Positions 19,052 to 29,030 of a stretch of 64,000 nucleotides of DNA are shown here, piece after piece (position 1 is the stretch's first letter; each line of letters begins with the position of its first letter). Origin of the DNA: Bdellovibrionota bacterium (GTDB lineage Bacteria; Bdellovibrionota_C; UBA2361; JBGSMV01); contig JBGSMV010000015.1 in assembly GCA_041739995.1 (NCBI GenBank), positions 75,854 to 139,853 of the forward strand, given 5' to 3'. The position numbers were made by a program, and so were the translations under genes. The notes below the pieces were generated by a model. That model searched no databases, was not told the DNA's origin, and saw nothing but the letters and a program-made list of their open reading frames with translations.

Positions 19052-19960
19052 GTGGGGCGACTATCAAGAACGATCGCTTGGCTGGTACCGGTCGCCGCAT
19101 TACTACCGTACATTCTCGGGCCGCTTCTGATCCAGTTCTCCTTCGAGGCCGAAGTCGTTCGGCCGCTGCTTGAGCGCCTGATATACTTTTGGCTGCTGTT
19201 TTTGACCTGGTCGATCGCCCTGCAAGTTGCCTTTCGATGGTTCCTGCCAACTCCGGGAAAAACGAAACCCGCTGCCCGCACCGCCTCTGGCCTTTTCGAG
19301 AGGGTCGAACCCAAGCCGAAAGTGAGATCTGTGCTTCAAGTCGCCGCCTTGGTGCTCAGCGTATGCGCGTTTCTCGTCTCATTGCAGTTCGTCCAGGCGA
19401 AGCTAGAAAACCCTCCTTTTGCCCTCGCACTGTTCAGCGTGGGGATAGTCGCCCTACAGCGCTCATACTCGGCGCGCTCTCAGATTATCCGCGCAGGCAT
19501 CGCCCGAGCCGTTTCGATTACCGGCATCAGCTACCTCTCTGTATTGGTAATGAAGCCTCTACTGTCATGGGAACCCGCTCTCGTTTGTGCTGCGCTAGGA
19601 CTACTTTGGGCCGGGCGCGACCTGACCCAGCACCTCTCTGAAACTAGGGAACACTCGCCCACGCAGGCAGAAGTTGCGAATCCTCGGAAACTAGCTCGTT
19701 ACACTCTAAAGTCTAGAGCTGCCTTGATGTGCTTCGTTTTGGCTCCAACTCTTGTCGCCAGTCTTTGCTATCTCGGGATACTTCCGACCGAATTCATCCT
19801 CGTTTTCGGCATATTTCCCCTACTACTCCCGCTCGCGGAACGCCTTCGACAATCAGATCTTTCAGGGCAGGACTGTGAATTTATAAGGATTCGGGGCGAT
19901 ATGATTTTTGTCGCATTTGCTGCTATTTTAGTCGCGGTCAACCTATTGGGGCACTTATGA
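19052..19960 (+). CDS. Multi-pass membrane protein
   Basis: About 8-9 hydrophobic segments; ATGA overlap with the next gene. Confidence 0.7.
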   Translation: MGRLSRTIAWLVPVAALLPYILGPLLIQFSFEAEVVRPLLERLIYFWLLFLTWSIALQVAFRWFLPTPGKTKPAARTASGLFERVEPKPKVRSVLQVAALVLSVCAFLVSLQFVQAKLENPPFALALFSVGIVALQRSYSARSQIIRAGIARAVSITGISYLSVLVMKPLLSWEPALVCAALGLLWAGRDLTQHLSETREHSPTQAEVANPRKLARYTLKSRAALMCFVLAPTLVASLCYLGILPTEFILVFGIFPLLLPLAERLRQSDLSGQDCEFIRIRGDMIFVAFAAILVAVNLLGHL

Positions 19961-20817
19961 AACACTCAAGTTTTTCGCTCATTCGCATCGGTAGTTTATC
20001 TCTCGCATCAGTAGTCTTTTGTTCAGCTGTTGCTTTCGCCGCACCGGCACCTTCGGCCCCTGAATCTAACGCAGCCGTGAGTGCCCCAGGAAGCGGTAAC
20101 GTAGGAAACAAAAAATCATTTGACCTCAATGAACAAGGGGTCAAAGCTCAACTTGAAGGACGAACCGAGCAAGCTGAAGGCTTCTTCCGACGGGCGGTGG
20201 CAATCGATCCGCGCAATCTGACTGCAGCGTTCAATCTCGCAAGCGTTTTAGTCATTCACAACAAAACGCCTGAAGCCATCTCGCTACTTGAAGGATATGT
20301 AAAAGAGTTCGACCAGGACCCAGGACTATTTTCAAGATTAGGCGACTCCTATTTCGCGGAAAAGAAACTTGACCCCGCATTGAAGAGCTATCAGCGCGCA
20401 TTCGCCCTAGACCCGCACTACCCGCGCCTCACGAATCGCCTGGCAACAATTTATGGTCTGAGGAACAACTCAAAGGAAGCGGAGAAATATCTTGCGCTCT
20501 CAGTAGAGCATGACCCTCGAGACTTTGAAGGCTTGGCGAGCTACGGAAGTATACTTCTTTTTAATGGCAAGGTTGACCAATCCATTCAAGCCACCAAGAG
20601 ATCGTTACAAATTAAACCGACCAGCGGTGCTTACATCACCCTCGGCACTGCCTATGAAGCCCGCGGCGATTTCGGAAATTCATTAATCTCGTTTCAGCGT
20701 GCTAGAGATTTGGGCGACACGCGCAAGGAACTCTCGGAGCGCATTGCCGGTCTCGAAAAGAAAGTGGCCAAGTCAAAGCAGCCTGGCACCACAAATAGCG
20801 CTTCCAATACGATCTAA
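19957..20817 (+). CDS. Exported tetratricopeptide-repeat protein
   Basis: Signal peptide ending AFA; repeated TPR patterns (FRRAVAIDP, YQRAFALDP). Confidence 0.88.
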   Translation: MKHSSFSLIRIGSLSLASVVFCSAVAFAAPAPSAPESNAAVSAPGSGNVGNKKSFDLNEQGVKAQLEGRTEQAEGFFRRAVAIDPRNLTAAFNLASVLVIHNKTPEAISLLEGYVKEFDQDPGLFSRLGDSYFAEKKLDPALKSYQRAFALDPHYPRLTNRLATIYGLRNNSKEAEKYLALSVEHDPRDFEGLASYGSILLFNGKVDQSIQATKRSLQIKPTSGAYITLGTAYEARGDFGNSLISFQRARDLGDTRKELSERIAGLEKKVAKSKQPGTTNSASNTI

Positions 20818-20854
20818 GTTCTCATTCTAGTTTCGATATCCGTAGGGTTGTGAG

Positions 20855-22372
20855 ATGGCAACGCAAGATCTGATGAGTAAGGTCGCTTCTCTATGCAAGC
20901 GACGTGGTTTTATTTTTCAGAGTAGTGAGATCTACGGAGGCCTCAAGAGCGCCTATGATTACGGCCCGCTTGGAACCGAGCTTAAGCGCAACATCGCTCA
21001 AGAGTGGTGGCGCGCCATGGTGCATGAACGAGAAGATGTCATCGGACTCGATGCTTCAATATTGATGCATCCAACCGTCTGGAAAGCGAGTGGCCATCTT
21101 GCTGGCTTCTCCGATCCGCTGGTTGATTGCCGAAATTGCAAAGAGCGTTTCCGCGCTGATAAAGCGCCAAAACTTGCCGAAGGGACTCCGGTTACATACC
21201 GAAAGGGTGGGAAATCTTCTGAGCCTGAGCTTAAAGGAGTTGTCGGAGCGGTTGGCTACGTGTGCCCTGCGTGCGGGGGAGCCGATCTGTCGGCCGAAAG
21301 ACAGTTTAATCTGATGTTTCGCACTTCAATCGGCCCGATAGATCCGATTGAGTCTGTCGTTGATAAACTGCACGGCAAGACCCTTTCCCGCGCTGAGCTT
21401 CGAGGCGCCATTGAGGCTGCCGTTCAAGAAAGCGCTATCTATCTGCGCCCCGAAACCGCGCAGGCCATGTTTGTACAGTTCAATAATGTGCTGCAAAGCA
21501 TGTCCCCAAAAATGCCCTTTGGGATTGCTCAAATCGGAAAGTCTTTTCGCAATGAAGTCGTCACCGAGAAGTTCATCTTTCGCACCTGCGAGTTCGAACA
21601 GATGGAAATGGAGTTCTTCTGTGAGCCCGGAACTCATGAGCAATGGCTTACTCACTGGACGGAGACCAGGGTAGCCTGGTGGCGACGCTACATGAATTCC
21701 CCTGAACGTATTCGCCTAAGACAGCATGATGCGGATGAGCTTGCTCACTATGCGAGCAACTGCTTCGACGTGGAGTACGAATATCCATGGGGCTGGGATG
21801 AACTCGAAGGCGTTGCGTCCAGAACTGACTACGACCTAAAGAAACACGCCGAGCACTCAGGCGAGAAAATTACCTACTTCGATCAACAAAAGAACGACCC
21901 TGAGTCTGGAAAACCGGGCTGGCGCTATGTGCCGTATGTCATTGAGCCCGCGGCGGGTCTCACCCGAGCGGTGTTGGCCTACTTGCTGGACGCTTACTCA
22001 GAAGAGACCGGAACGGACGCCGATGGTGCGCAGAAAACCCGCGTCCTTTTAAAACTTCATCCTCGTCTCGCACCCTACAAAGCGGCGGTATTACCACTAG
22101 TGAAAAAAGACGGGCTTCCTGACGTTGCTCGAGAGCTCGTCAATAGCTTCCTCAAAGAGGGTATCAACGCACGCTATGACGAGCAACAATCAATTGGAAA
22201 GCGCTACGCCAGACACGACGAGATTGGGACTCCATACTGCATCACCATTGATCATCAGACACTCGAAGATAAGACGGTGACCATCCGCGATCGTGATACG
22301 ACGAAACAGGATAGAGTTCGCTTGGATGATGCGCTTACTTCAGTGAGGTCAAGACTACAGGATGTCTCGTAG
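20855..22372 (+). CDS. glyQS: Glycine--tRNA ligase, alpha2 (homodimeric) type
   Basis: KRRGFIFQSSEIYGG, YLRPETAQ, QIGKSFRNE, EFEQME, YVIEPAAG, anticodon domain IGKRYARHDEIGTP. Confidence 0.97.
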   Translation: MATQDLMSKVASLCKRRGFIFQSSEIYGGLKSAYDYGPLGTELKRNIAQEWWRAMVHEREDVIGLDASILMHPTVWKASGHLAGFSDPLVDCRNCKERFRADKAPKLAEGTPVTYRKGGKSSEPELKGVVGAVGYVCPACGGADLSAERQFNLMFRTSIGPIDPIESVVDKLHGKTLSRAELRGAIEAAVQESAIYLRPETAQAMFVQFNNVLQSMSPKMPFGIAQIGKSFRNEVVTEKFIFRTCEFEQMEMEFFCEPGTHEQWLTHWTETRVAWWRRYMNSPERIRLRQHDADELAHYASNCFDVEYEYPWGWDELEGVASRTDYDLKKHAEHSGEKITYFDQQKNDPESGKPGWRYVPYVIEPAAGLTRAVLAYLLDAYSEETGTDADGAQKTRVLLKLHPRLAPYKAAVLPLVKKDGLPDVARELVNSFLKEGINARYDEQQSIGKRYARHDEIGTPYCITIDHQTLEDKTVTIRDRDTTKQDRVRLDDALTSVRSRLQDVS

Positions 22373-22406
22373 ACGCGTAACGTCATCGTCGACAGCCGGC
22401 GCAGCC

Positions 22407-22826
22407 TTATCTGCGATTTAAGCCCGAAATGACCTCCATCATGCGTCGCGCGTCCCCTACTGCGACATGCACCGCCCCTCCAGAGCGCAGAGACAACCGC
22501 AAGGCGTGCTCGCGCTTGGGGTCATACAAGGAAGTTATGGAACTGTTCGGCACCAGATCCATGCGTTGAATATCTTCCAGTGCCACCTCGCGCTTGATCA
22601 AGCCAACACCAAAGGACAGCAACACGCCATCACGGGAAACATGAACACTGAGACAAAAGAAATTTAAGAAGATCAAACTTGATACCACAATGGAGGTGAT
22701 GGCCAGGCCAATATTTCCACGCTGCATTCCAAAAAAGAGCAACGTCAGCTCCAACGCAAACAAGATCGCAACAATGATAACACTCACTTTGGAGCTTCTG
22801 TACTCCATCGCGACTTGCTGATTCAT
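22407..22826 (-). CDS. Small membrane protein (2 TM plus bacterial PH-like domain)
   Basis: Two TM helices followed by LSFGVGLIKREVALEDI. Confidence 0.7.
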   Translation of the reverse strand: MNQQVAMEYRSSKVSVIIVAILFALELTLLFFGMQRGNIGLAITSIVVSSLIFLNFFCLSVHVSRDGVLLSFGVGLIKREVALEDIQRMDLVPNSSITSLYDPKREHALRLSLRSGGAVHVAVGDARRMMEVISGLNRR

Positions 22827-22910
22827 AAATCTGCTTCCTACAAGATGGTCGAGTAACCAACGTCCGCGACTTTCCGATATCCGACGGCCCAGACCGAGCC
22901 AATCACCATG

Positions 22911-23534
22911 CTAAACGCTTTCAGCTCTTTCATACGGCGCCTCGATAAATTTCTCGCCGCCTTCCAACTCAAACTGCTCTAGCAGCCGCCGGGCTGTTCG
23001 CCCAAAGACCGGGTGTGTCCAGTCTGGAGCAACCTCGACCAAGGGAACAAGCACAAAATCGCGCCTCTGAAGCTCTGGATGCGGCAGTACCAAGCCAGTC
23101 CCTTTCACCGGCACTCTACGCTCACATTCGTCATAGCCCAATGTGCTATTAGCAGCTCCTCCCCATTGATCGGAATCACGCCAGGATCCGCAAACGAGAG
23201 AGCCGACCCCAAGCAGGTCCAGATCGATTTTTCGCGGCATCCAACGCTGGCCATGCGGCACGACCCCCCGCTCTCGCCCGAGATTTCTCTCAATGTCCAG
23301 CAACGCCGCAAGAATTTGCTCCGGGGTCAAAGTGCTCTCACTCGCCACTACTAGATTTAGAAACTGATTGGATACCTGCCCAGCTGAACTTTCAGGATCC
23401 ACCATCGCCCGCGTCAGGTACCAGGTCGATTGTTTGGAGATTGGTCCAATTCTCACCGAAATAGCCGCAAGCGCGAGGCTCACCAAGCACTCGCGATCAC
23501 CAAGATTCGAACCAATCGCAATGAGCGCTTGCAT
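22911..23534 (-). CDS. folK: 2-amino-4-hydroxy-6-hydroxymethyldihydropteridine diphosphokinase
   Basis: IAIGSNLGDR, FLNLV, PRKIDLDLL, LPHPELQRRDFVLVPL. Confidence 0.93.
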   Translation of the reverse strand: MQALIAIGSNLGDRECLVSLALAAISVRIGPISKQSTWYLTRAMVDPESSAGQVSNQFLNLVVASESTLTPEQILAALLDIERNLGRERGVVPHGQRWMPRKIDLDLLGVGSLVCGSWRDSDQWGGAANSTLGYDECERRVPVKGTGLVLPHPELQRRDFVLVPLVEVAPDWTHPVFGRTARRLLEQFELEGGEKFIEAPYERAESV

Positions 23535-23606
23535 CGTTGTTCTCACCAGTTATGACTATCCAGACTCTACTATCCAGAAACGGCAAAATTCAGGTACACT
23601 TGGCTC

Positions 23607-24149
23607 ATGAAGGCGAAAACATTCTCGTGGAAGTGGCGTCGCGGGATCCACATTCCAACCAGAGCTTTCGGCGTAGCCGTGCTCGGGCTGCTATTTATAA
23701 TCGTCCAGCCCGTCGAAGCTGAGCGAGTCTACCGTTGTTATGGGAGAGTTCAATACCGCCCCTGCGAGGCACCACCTCTGGGAGGCGCCGCAAACACCAG
23801 TATTTTTGGGCAGCACGAATTCGCCAAACCTCAAGTCTCATCAGCTCGCATCGCCCGCAACATCCAACCTCTCGAATCAGCCACATCGGCGTATGCTCGT
23901 ATCGAGGGCCCGTCACTCTCCAAAGCCGCTAGCTCACCACGTGACGGAGTTTGGCGCGGGACAGTTCACGGCAATGGCGTCGTTTACCTGTACCTTGAGA
24001 TATTGGAAAAAGAGCAATTATCAGAGCGCCGCTTCATAGGGAATGTGGCCCTAGAAAGAGCGGCAACTACATTCGCTTTCGTAAGTCGTTTACCTAGCGG
24101 CAGTCAGTGGACCTGGAGAGTTCGCGCACTGGCAAGTCCTTTCACCTAG
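23607..24149 (+). CDS. Hypothetical exported protein
   Basis: Hydrophobic signal, VYRC...YRPC short disulfide motif, beta-rich C-terminus. Confidence 0.6.
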   Translation: MKAKTFSWKWRRGIHIPTRAFGVAVLGLLFIIVQPVEAERVYRCYGRVQYRPCEAPPLGGAANTSIFGQHEFAKPQVSSARIARNIQPLESATSAYARIEGPSLSKAASSPRDGVWRGTVHGNGVVYLYLEILEKEQLSERRFIGNVALERAATTFAFVSRLPSGSQWTWRVRALASPFT

Positions 24150-24414
24150 GGCGCTGTCAGATTTTAGCCCCCAACCCCCAGGCTAACTATCTAGACTTTA
24201 TAGGATCCTAACATATTCCCTAATGGCGGAATCGGCTCGTGCCGAGATATAATCTATATAGATGAAGGCTTTTTACCCGCTTAGGGCAAGAAGTCCCGTA
24301 CCATACGGTAGCAGTAGGGGCTCTCAGATATGGTGGTTGGCTTAAGCAGCGGCCACGATTGCTTAGAGGTTCTCCTGACGGTTACCGACTTGAATAAGCG
24401 GCCTGTATAAGGAC

Positions 24415-25233
24415 ATGCGGTTGAAGACGCAGGACCCAGACGGTTCTCTTATCGGCGAATTTATCGATTCTAGCGCCGACATGAGCGAGCAGCTCAGCGA
24501 AGAGCACGCTTGTGAGCGCCCAGACTTCGATTTAAGCCCATACGACACCCCCGCGCACTCTCTTCCTGTGACCTTTCCGAAAAGGCAAATCACCGAGATC
24601 ATTTCGATCGAGTCAGATTTTTCCCTCACGTCGGACATGGCCTGTCCGTGGGAACCAAACTTTCGTCCTCATGCGCACCCCCAGATATTTCACAATGGAG
24701 TCGGCTATTGCTCACTCTCCGAAGCCTCATTCTCAATCCTCTTAGAGTACTTTATCCCGGGCTTTGACATCGTTCCTGGAAAAACGTTCCAAGTGGCAAT
24801 TGGGGCTGGGCGAAGCGTCGATTTCTGTATCAATGGCACGTTAGTGGAATACCACCAACTGCGCCTGAATCCGTCACGGGGCAAGTTCGGTGACTTTAGC
24901 TCGGAATCGGAGTTCCGCGAATATCGGCGAATTCTACAGAGAGTGCGCGGAAGTAGTCGGAAACGTGCGCTACTTGAAAAGATAGTACACCAACGCTTGG
25001 CTGGACATTACTACCGGAAGCGCCGAGCCTTCGTTGATAGAAGCCCTCACTTTGCCCATTGTGATTTGGTGGTGGCCACCACGCGAGAGGAGTTCTTTGA
25101 CCGAGTGGTCCGTCAATTTTCGATTCTTGCGGTTCCTTCGAACTCGGTACTTGAGAGCATGTTCTGGAAGGGAGTCAAGCAGGTGGCCGAGAATCAGGAA
25201 TGCACCCCTTCGCGCAAAGATGGCCTTCCCTAG
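24415..25233 (+). CDS. Hypothetical protein, possible PD-(D/E)XK-like nuclease fold
   Basis: SLSE...FQVAIGAGRSVDFCINGTLVEYH resembles the E...DF...VE catalytic pattern of DUF559/Vsr-like nucleases. Confidence 0.5.
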   Translation: MRLKTQDPDGSLIGEFIDSSADMSEQLSEEHACERPDFDLSPYDTPAHSLPVTFPKRQITEIISIESDFSLTSDMACPWEPNFRPHAHPQIFHNGVGYCSLSEASFSILLEYFIPGFDIVPGKTFQVAIGAGRSVDFCINGTLVEYHQLRLNPSRGKFGDFSSESEFREYRRILQRVRGSSRKRALLEKIVHQRLAGHYYRKRRAFVDRSPHFAHCDLVVATTREEFFDRVVRQFSILAVPSNSVLESMFWKGVKQVAENQECTPSRKDGLP

Positions 25234-25312
25234 AACTCTGTGACGCCGCCCATGCCTAAATCTCTGTGCCTGAGTCACAGACTCTCCGGGAAGTGCGTAT
25301 CCCCCATCGGAT

Positions 25313-28300
25313 GTGTATACTAGGCGGATGCCATTTATTCACCCATCCGAGCGTTCCCGCCTGATAGAATTCTTGCGTGCCTTAGCCCCCAGTGAAAACC
25401 TCGAACGGGGGCTAGCCCTCGCTCACGCCGAAGCAGTAACTGAGTGCAGCTTCGCCTCTAACGAAGTGCATGGCTCGGTACGCCGTGCACTGAGCGACCG
25501 CTCCTCGGAAGCCAAGGAAAGTGACGTCTCAGTAGCGCTCGCCATCACCTCTCCCCGCCGAATCGAAGCCTCCTGCTCGTGCGAGAGCGTCACTATCGGT
25601 ACGGAGCCCGCTCCACGAAAGCCTCGTGACGAAGGGGTATGGTGCCCGCACGCCGTCGCCCTGCTTTGGCGAGCTCACGAACTTGGTTTTCTCTCCGAAG
25701 ACCACGGTTTTGACTCTCAGTTTTCAAATGCGCCTCGTATCGGATCTTTGGCTGCATCAGCAGGCGATTTTGCTGCTGTGGTACGAGAGCTTTCGGCGCG
25801 CACTCTCTCGGAGAGCCCCGACGCAGACTATATGCCTGAGGTTTCAATTAGCCTCGATCTCTCCTCCGACAGACTTGGAGTACAGGTGTCCTTTGACAAC
25901 GCGGTGCAGGAGCCAAGCGTCTTTGACGGCTTTCGAAAGCGATCTTCACGAGCACTCGATGAACTTCTTATTCGCATTCTAGATGACGAAGGCGTTTGGG
26001 ATGACGCGTCGCGCTTGTGGTACGTCAACTCCAGTGAAGGCATCTCTCTCGTTCTCGGACTCTTACATGAGTACCAGAAAGTCACACTGATTGGAAAACG
26101 TAAGCAAATTACAGTGTCGCAACGCGCACTCAATGCCCAACTAATGATCCGCTGGATCGCGGCAGGCGCCGAGCTTTCGATGCGCTGGGTGCTAGAGGAT
26201 AAAGGCAGCACCGCTCCGCCTGATCTAGCTCCCGTGAATGGAGTATTCGGAAATGGCCCCTATTGGACTTTGGTTGACAGCACCATTTTTAAACTTTCGA
26301 GCGAAGCCGCTAACATTCATGCACTCTTCCCGCATGGCCCCTCGCAGGCACTCGCTCGCGCTCAGCTCGCTCCGTTGCTTGAAGTTATTTCCGCCGGACT
26401 TCACCGCAGCGATTTCGTCACGATAGAGAATCCAGACCTACAACCAATTGGAGAACCGCAGCAACCTGAAACCACCCTACGTGTCTCACGTGGGGAAATC
26501 ATGGTGATGTCTGACAGAGATTCTCAGCCTCCTTCAATTGTCGGCGAACTTGACTTCACATACCCCGAGCCGGACACCGCCAGAAACACAGTGGTACTCC
26601 CCGATCGTGGGTACGAGAAGGACTGTCACGATGCGCTCCTGATGCTTGGCTTTCGCTTCGACGCGAGCCAGCGGCGCTACTCCTGTACTAACGACCCTGC
26701 GCTTGATCTGATCTCAAAGGGACGCACTGGATTTCCCGCTGACTGGAAAGTTGAAGGCATCGAAACTCTCAAGCGCGGACTTCGTTTCACCGACTCAAAA
26801 ATCTCAGTAGTACTCTCAGAAGGAAATCCAGACGGCTCGATTCAAGATCCGGTCTCTGACAAAAAAGGCGCAAAGAAAGCGGCATCTCGTGGTTCAAAGA
26901 GCGCTCCTGCGGCCAAAATCGACTGGTTCGATTGTCATGTTTCTCTTGTCTTGAATAACTCAAATGTTCCTTTGAGCACGCTATTCAAGTCGAGTTCCAG
27001 TGATGATGACCGTTGGCTGCGCCTCGACAGTGGCGCATACACCAAGGTCCCCGGGGGTAGCGTTCGACAACTCAAGGGCATCTTGGGAATGCTCGATCCC
27101 AACTATCGACTGAGCAACTCTATACGCTCTCGACTGAGCGCTCCCGTCGCTGTGGGACTGAGCAGAAGTCCTGGCACAGATTTCTCAGTATCATGCTCGC
27201 CTGCCCTGCTCGAACTTGCGAAGCGGTTGGAGGAGTTCTCTGGGATCACGACAGTTAAAGTACCCTCTTCGTTCAAGGGGAAATTGCGCCCCTATCAACA
27301 GCAAGGCGTCAACTGGCTTGGATTTCTCTGCGATTATAAATTGGCTGGAATTCTGGCTGACGAAATGGGACTCGGGAAAACCGTTCAGACTCTCGCTTTT
27401 CTTCTGAGTCGCGGAAACACCTTGAAGGCCCGCAGCAAAGCCTCTCCGCACACGTTCAAGAAGAAACCGACCCTCATAGTCGCGCCGACCTCAGTGATAA
27501 TGAATTGGTTTTATGAAGCGCAAAAATTTACTCCGGGACTTAAATGCTTGGTGCTGCATGGCCCCAAACGCCGAGCGCTGTTCGCCAAACTCAGCGAGTA
27601 CGACATTGTCATCACCTCATACGCTCTGCTTAGAATCGATCGCCTCGAGCTCGAGCGACAGCAGTTTGACTATCTGGTGTTGGATGAAGCTCAGCATATT
27701 AAGAATTTTCAGGCGGCTACCACCTCAGCGGCGAAGGGACTTAATGCGGAGCATCGACTGGCTCTCTCGGGAACGCCCACCGAGAATCGTCCGCTTGAGC
27801 TTTGGTCGATTTTTGACTTCCTCATGCCGGGCTACCTCGGCACCCATGACTTTTTCCGTGCACATATAGAGCGCCCTATCCTTGACCAAGGCGGGTCAGT
27901 TGATGTGGCTCAAATGCTGAGGGGCAAAACTCGCCCCTTCGTTCTGCGCCGAACAAAGGCTGAAGTTGAACGCGATCTTCCTCCGAAGATCGAATCAGTG
28001 CTTCATGTCGAGATGACCGAGTCGCAGAGAGATCTCTATAACCATATTTTGGAGGAGGTGCGGCCGCGCGTGATGGAAGCCGTAGCTCAGAAAGGGATTG
28101 CGGGAGCGAGCGTATCGATTCTCGCGGCGCTGCTGCGCCTACGACAAGTCTGTAATCATCCTAACTCCATAGACGCTCTCAAGGATCTTCCTGGCTACGA
28201 CTCAGGCAAGTTCTCCCTATTCCAAGAGGTCTTAGAGGAAGCTCTAGATAACGGTCGAAAGATCCTCGTGTTTGCTCAATTCAGGGAGATGTTAAAGATC

Positions 28301-28717
28301 ATTCGCCGACATCTCGACGAGAAAAGCGTCAAATACTGCTACCTCGATGGGGCGACGAAAGATCGCCAAAGCGCCATCGAACAGTTCAGTAACGATGAGA
28401 AAGTGCGAGTATTTCTAATTAGTCTCAAAGCAGGTGGTCTCGGACTTAACCTGACGGCGGCCGACACCGTGGTCATCTACGATCCGTGGTGGAACCCCGC
28501 AGTTGAAAGCCAAGCGGTGGATCGAGCACACAGAATCGGGCAACGAAAAACCGTTCATGTGTACAGACTGGTAACTGAAGACTCGGTGGAGCAAAAGATT
28601 ATGGCACTCAAGGCCAAGAAGACCGCCATTGTTGACGCTCTCGTTAACGACAATGGTCTGTCCGCTGCCGCTCTCACCAAGGTCGATATCGAATCGTTGT
28701 TTGCACCACTGGTATAG
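25313..28717 (+). CDS. SWIM zinc-finger SNF2-family ATPase/helicase
   Basis: CSC...CPHAVA SWIM motif; LADEMGLGKT, LDEAQHIKN, SGTPTENR, ISLKAGGLGLNL, QAVDRAHRIGQ. Confidence 0.95.
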   Translation: MYTRRMPFIHPSERSRLIEFLRALAPSENLERGLALAHAEAVTECSFASNEVHGSVRRALSDRSSEAKESDVSVALAITSPRRIEASCSCESVTIGTEPAPRKPRDEGVWCPHAVALLWRAHELGFLSEDHGFDSQFSNAPRIGSLAASAGDFAAVVRELSARTLSESPDADYMPEVSISLDLSSDRLGVQVSFDNAVQEPSVFDGFRKRSSRALDELLIRILDDEGVWDDASRLWYVNSSEGISLVLGLLHEYQKVTLIGKRKQITVSQRALNAQLMIRWIAAGAELSMRWVLEDKGSTAPPDLAPVNGVFGNGPYWTLVDSTIFKLSSEAANIHALFPHGPSQALARAQLAPLLEVISAGLHRSDFVTIENPDLQPIGEPQQPETTLRVSRGEIMVMSDRDSQPPSIVGELDFTYPEPDTARNTVVLPDRGYEKDCHDALLMLGFRFDASQRRYSCTNDPALDLISKGRTGFPADWKVEGIETLKRGLRFTDSKISVVLSEGNPDGSIQDPVSDKKGAKKAASRGSKSAPAAKIDWFDCHVSLVLNNSNVPLSTLFKSSSSDDDRWLRLDSGAYTKVPGGSVRQLKGILGMLDPNYRLSNSIRSRLSAPVAVGLSRSPGTDFSVSCSPALLELAKRLEEFSGITTVKVPSSFKGKLRPYQQQGVNWLGFLCDYKLAGILADEMGLGKTVQTLAFLLSRGNTLKARSKASPHTFKKKPTLIVAPTSVIMNWFYEAQKFTPGLKCLVLHGPKRRALFAKLSEYDIVITSYALLRIDRLELERQQFDYLVLDEAQHIKNFQAATTSAAKGLNAEHRLALSGTPTENRPLELWSIFDFLMPGYLGTHDFFRAHIERPILDQGGSVDVAQMLRGKTRPFVLRRTKAEVERDLPPKIESVLHVEMTESQRDLYNHILEEVRPRVMEAVAQKGIAGASVSILAALLRLRQVCNHPNSIDALKDLPGYDSGKFSLFQEVLEEALDNGRKILVFAQFREMLKIIRRHLDEKSVKYCYLDGATKDRQSAIEQFSNDEKVRVFLISLKAGGLGLNLTAADTVVIYDPWWNPAVESQAVDRAHRIGQRKTVHVYRLVTEDSVEQKIMALKAKKTAIVDALVNDNGLSAAALTKVDIESLFAPLV

Positions 28718-29030
28718 GTCGCAAATTGCCTCGGTGCTTCCGTCCTACCAGATGCGGCTGCTTGCACACCTCACATTCCAGTGTCCTGAGGTAGAATTTT
28801 TAAGTATCTTTCTGGCTGACCTCTTGTGTAACCCATCTCTTGTCTTCCCCTCATTAAACAAAGAGACCGGTGAGCATGGCGAGAATTGTTCATCGAAGTC
28901 TTAACCCAGGGTACTAGCAGTGCTCGTAAAAAAGTACCGGCCAAGGCCCCATTTCACAAACTCAAGACTTCCTGTGCGCGAAGTGCGACGCAGCCAGATA
29001 CTCGACAAGGCGAGCAGCCTCCGGCACAGA

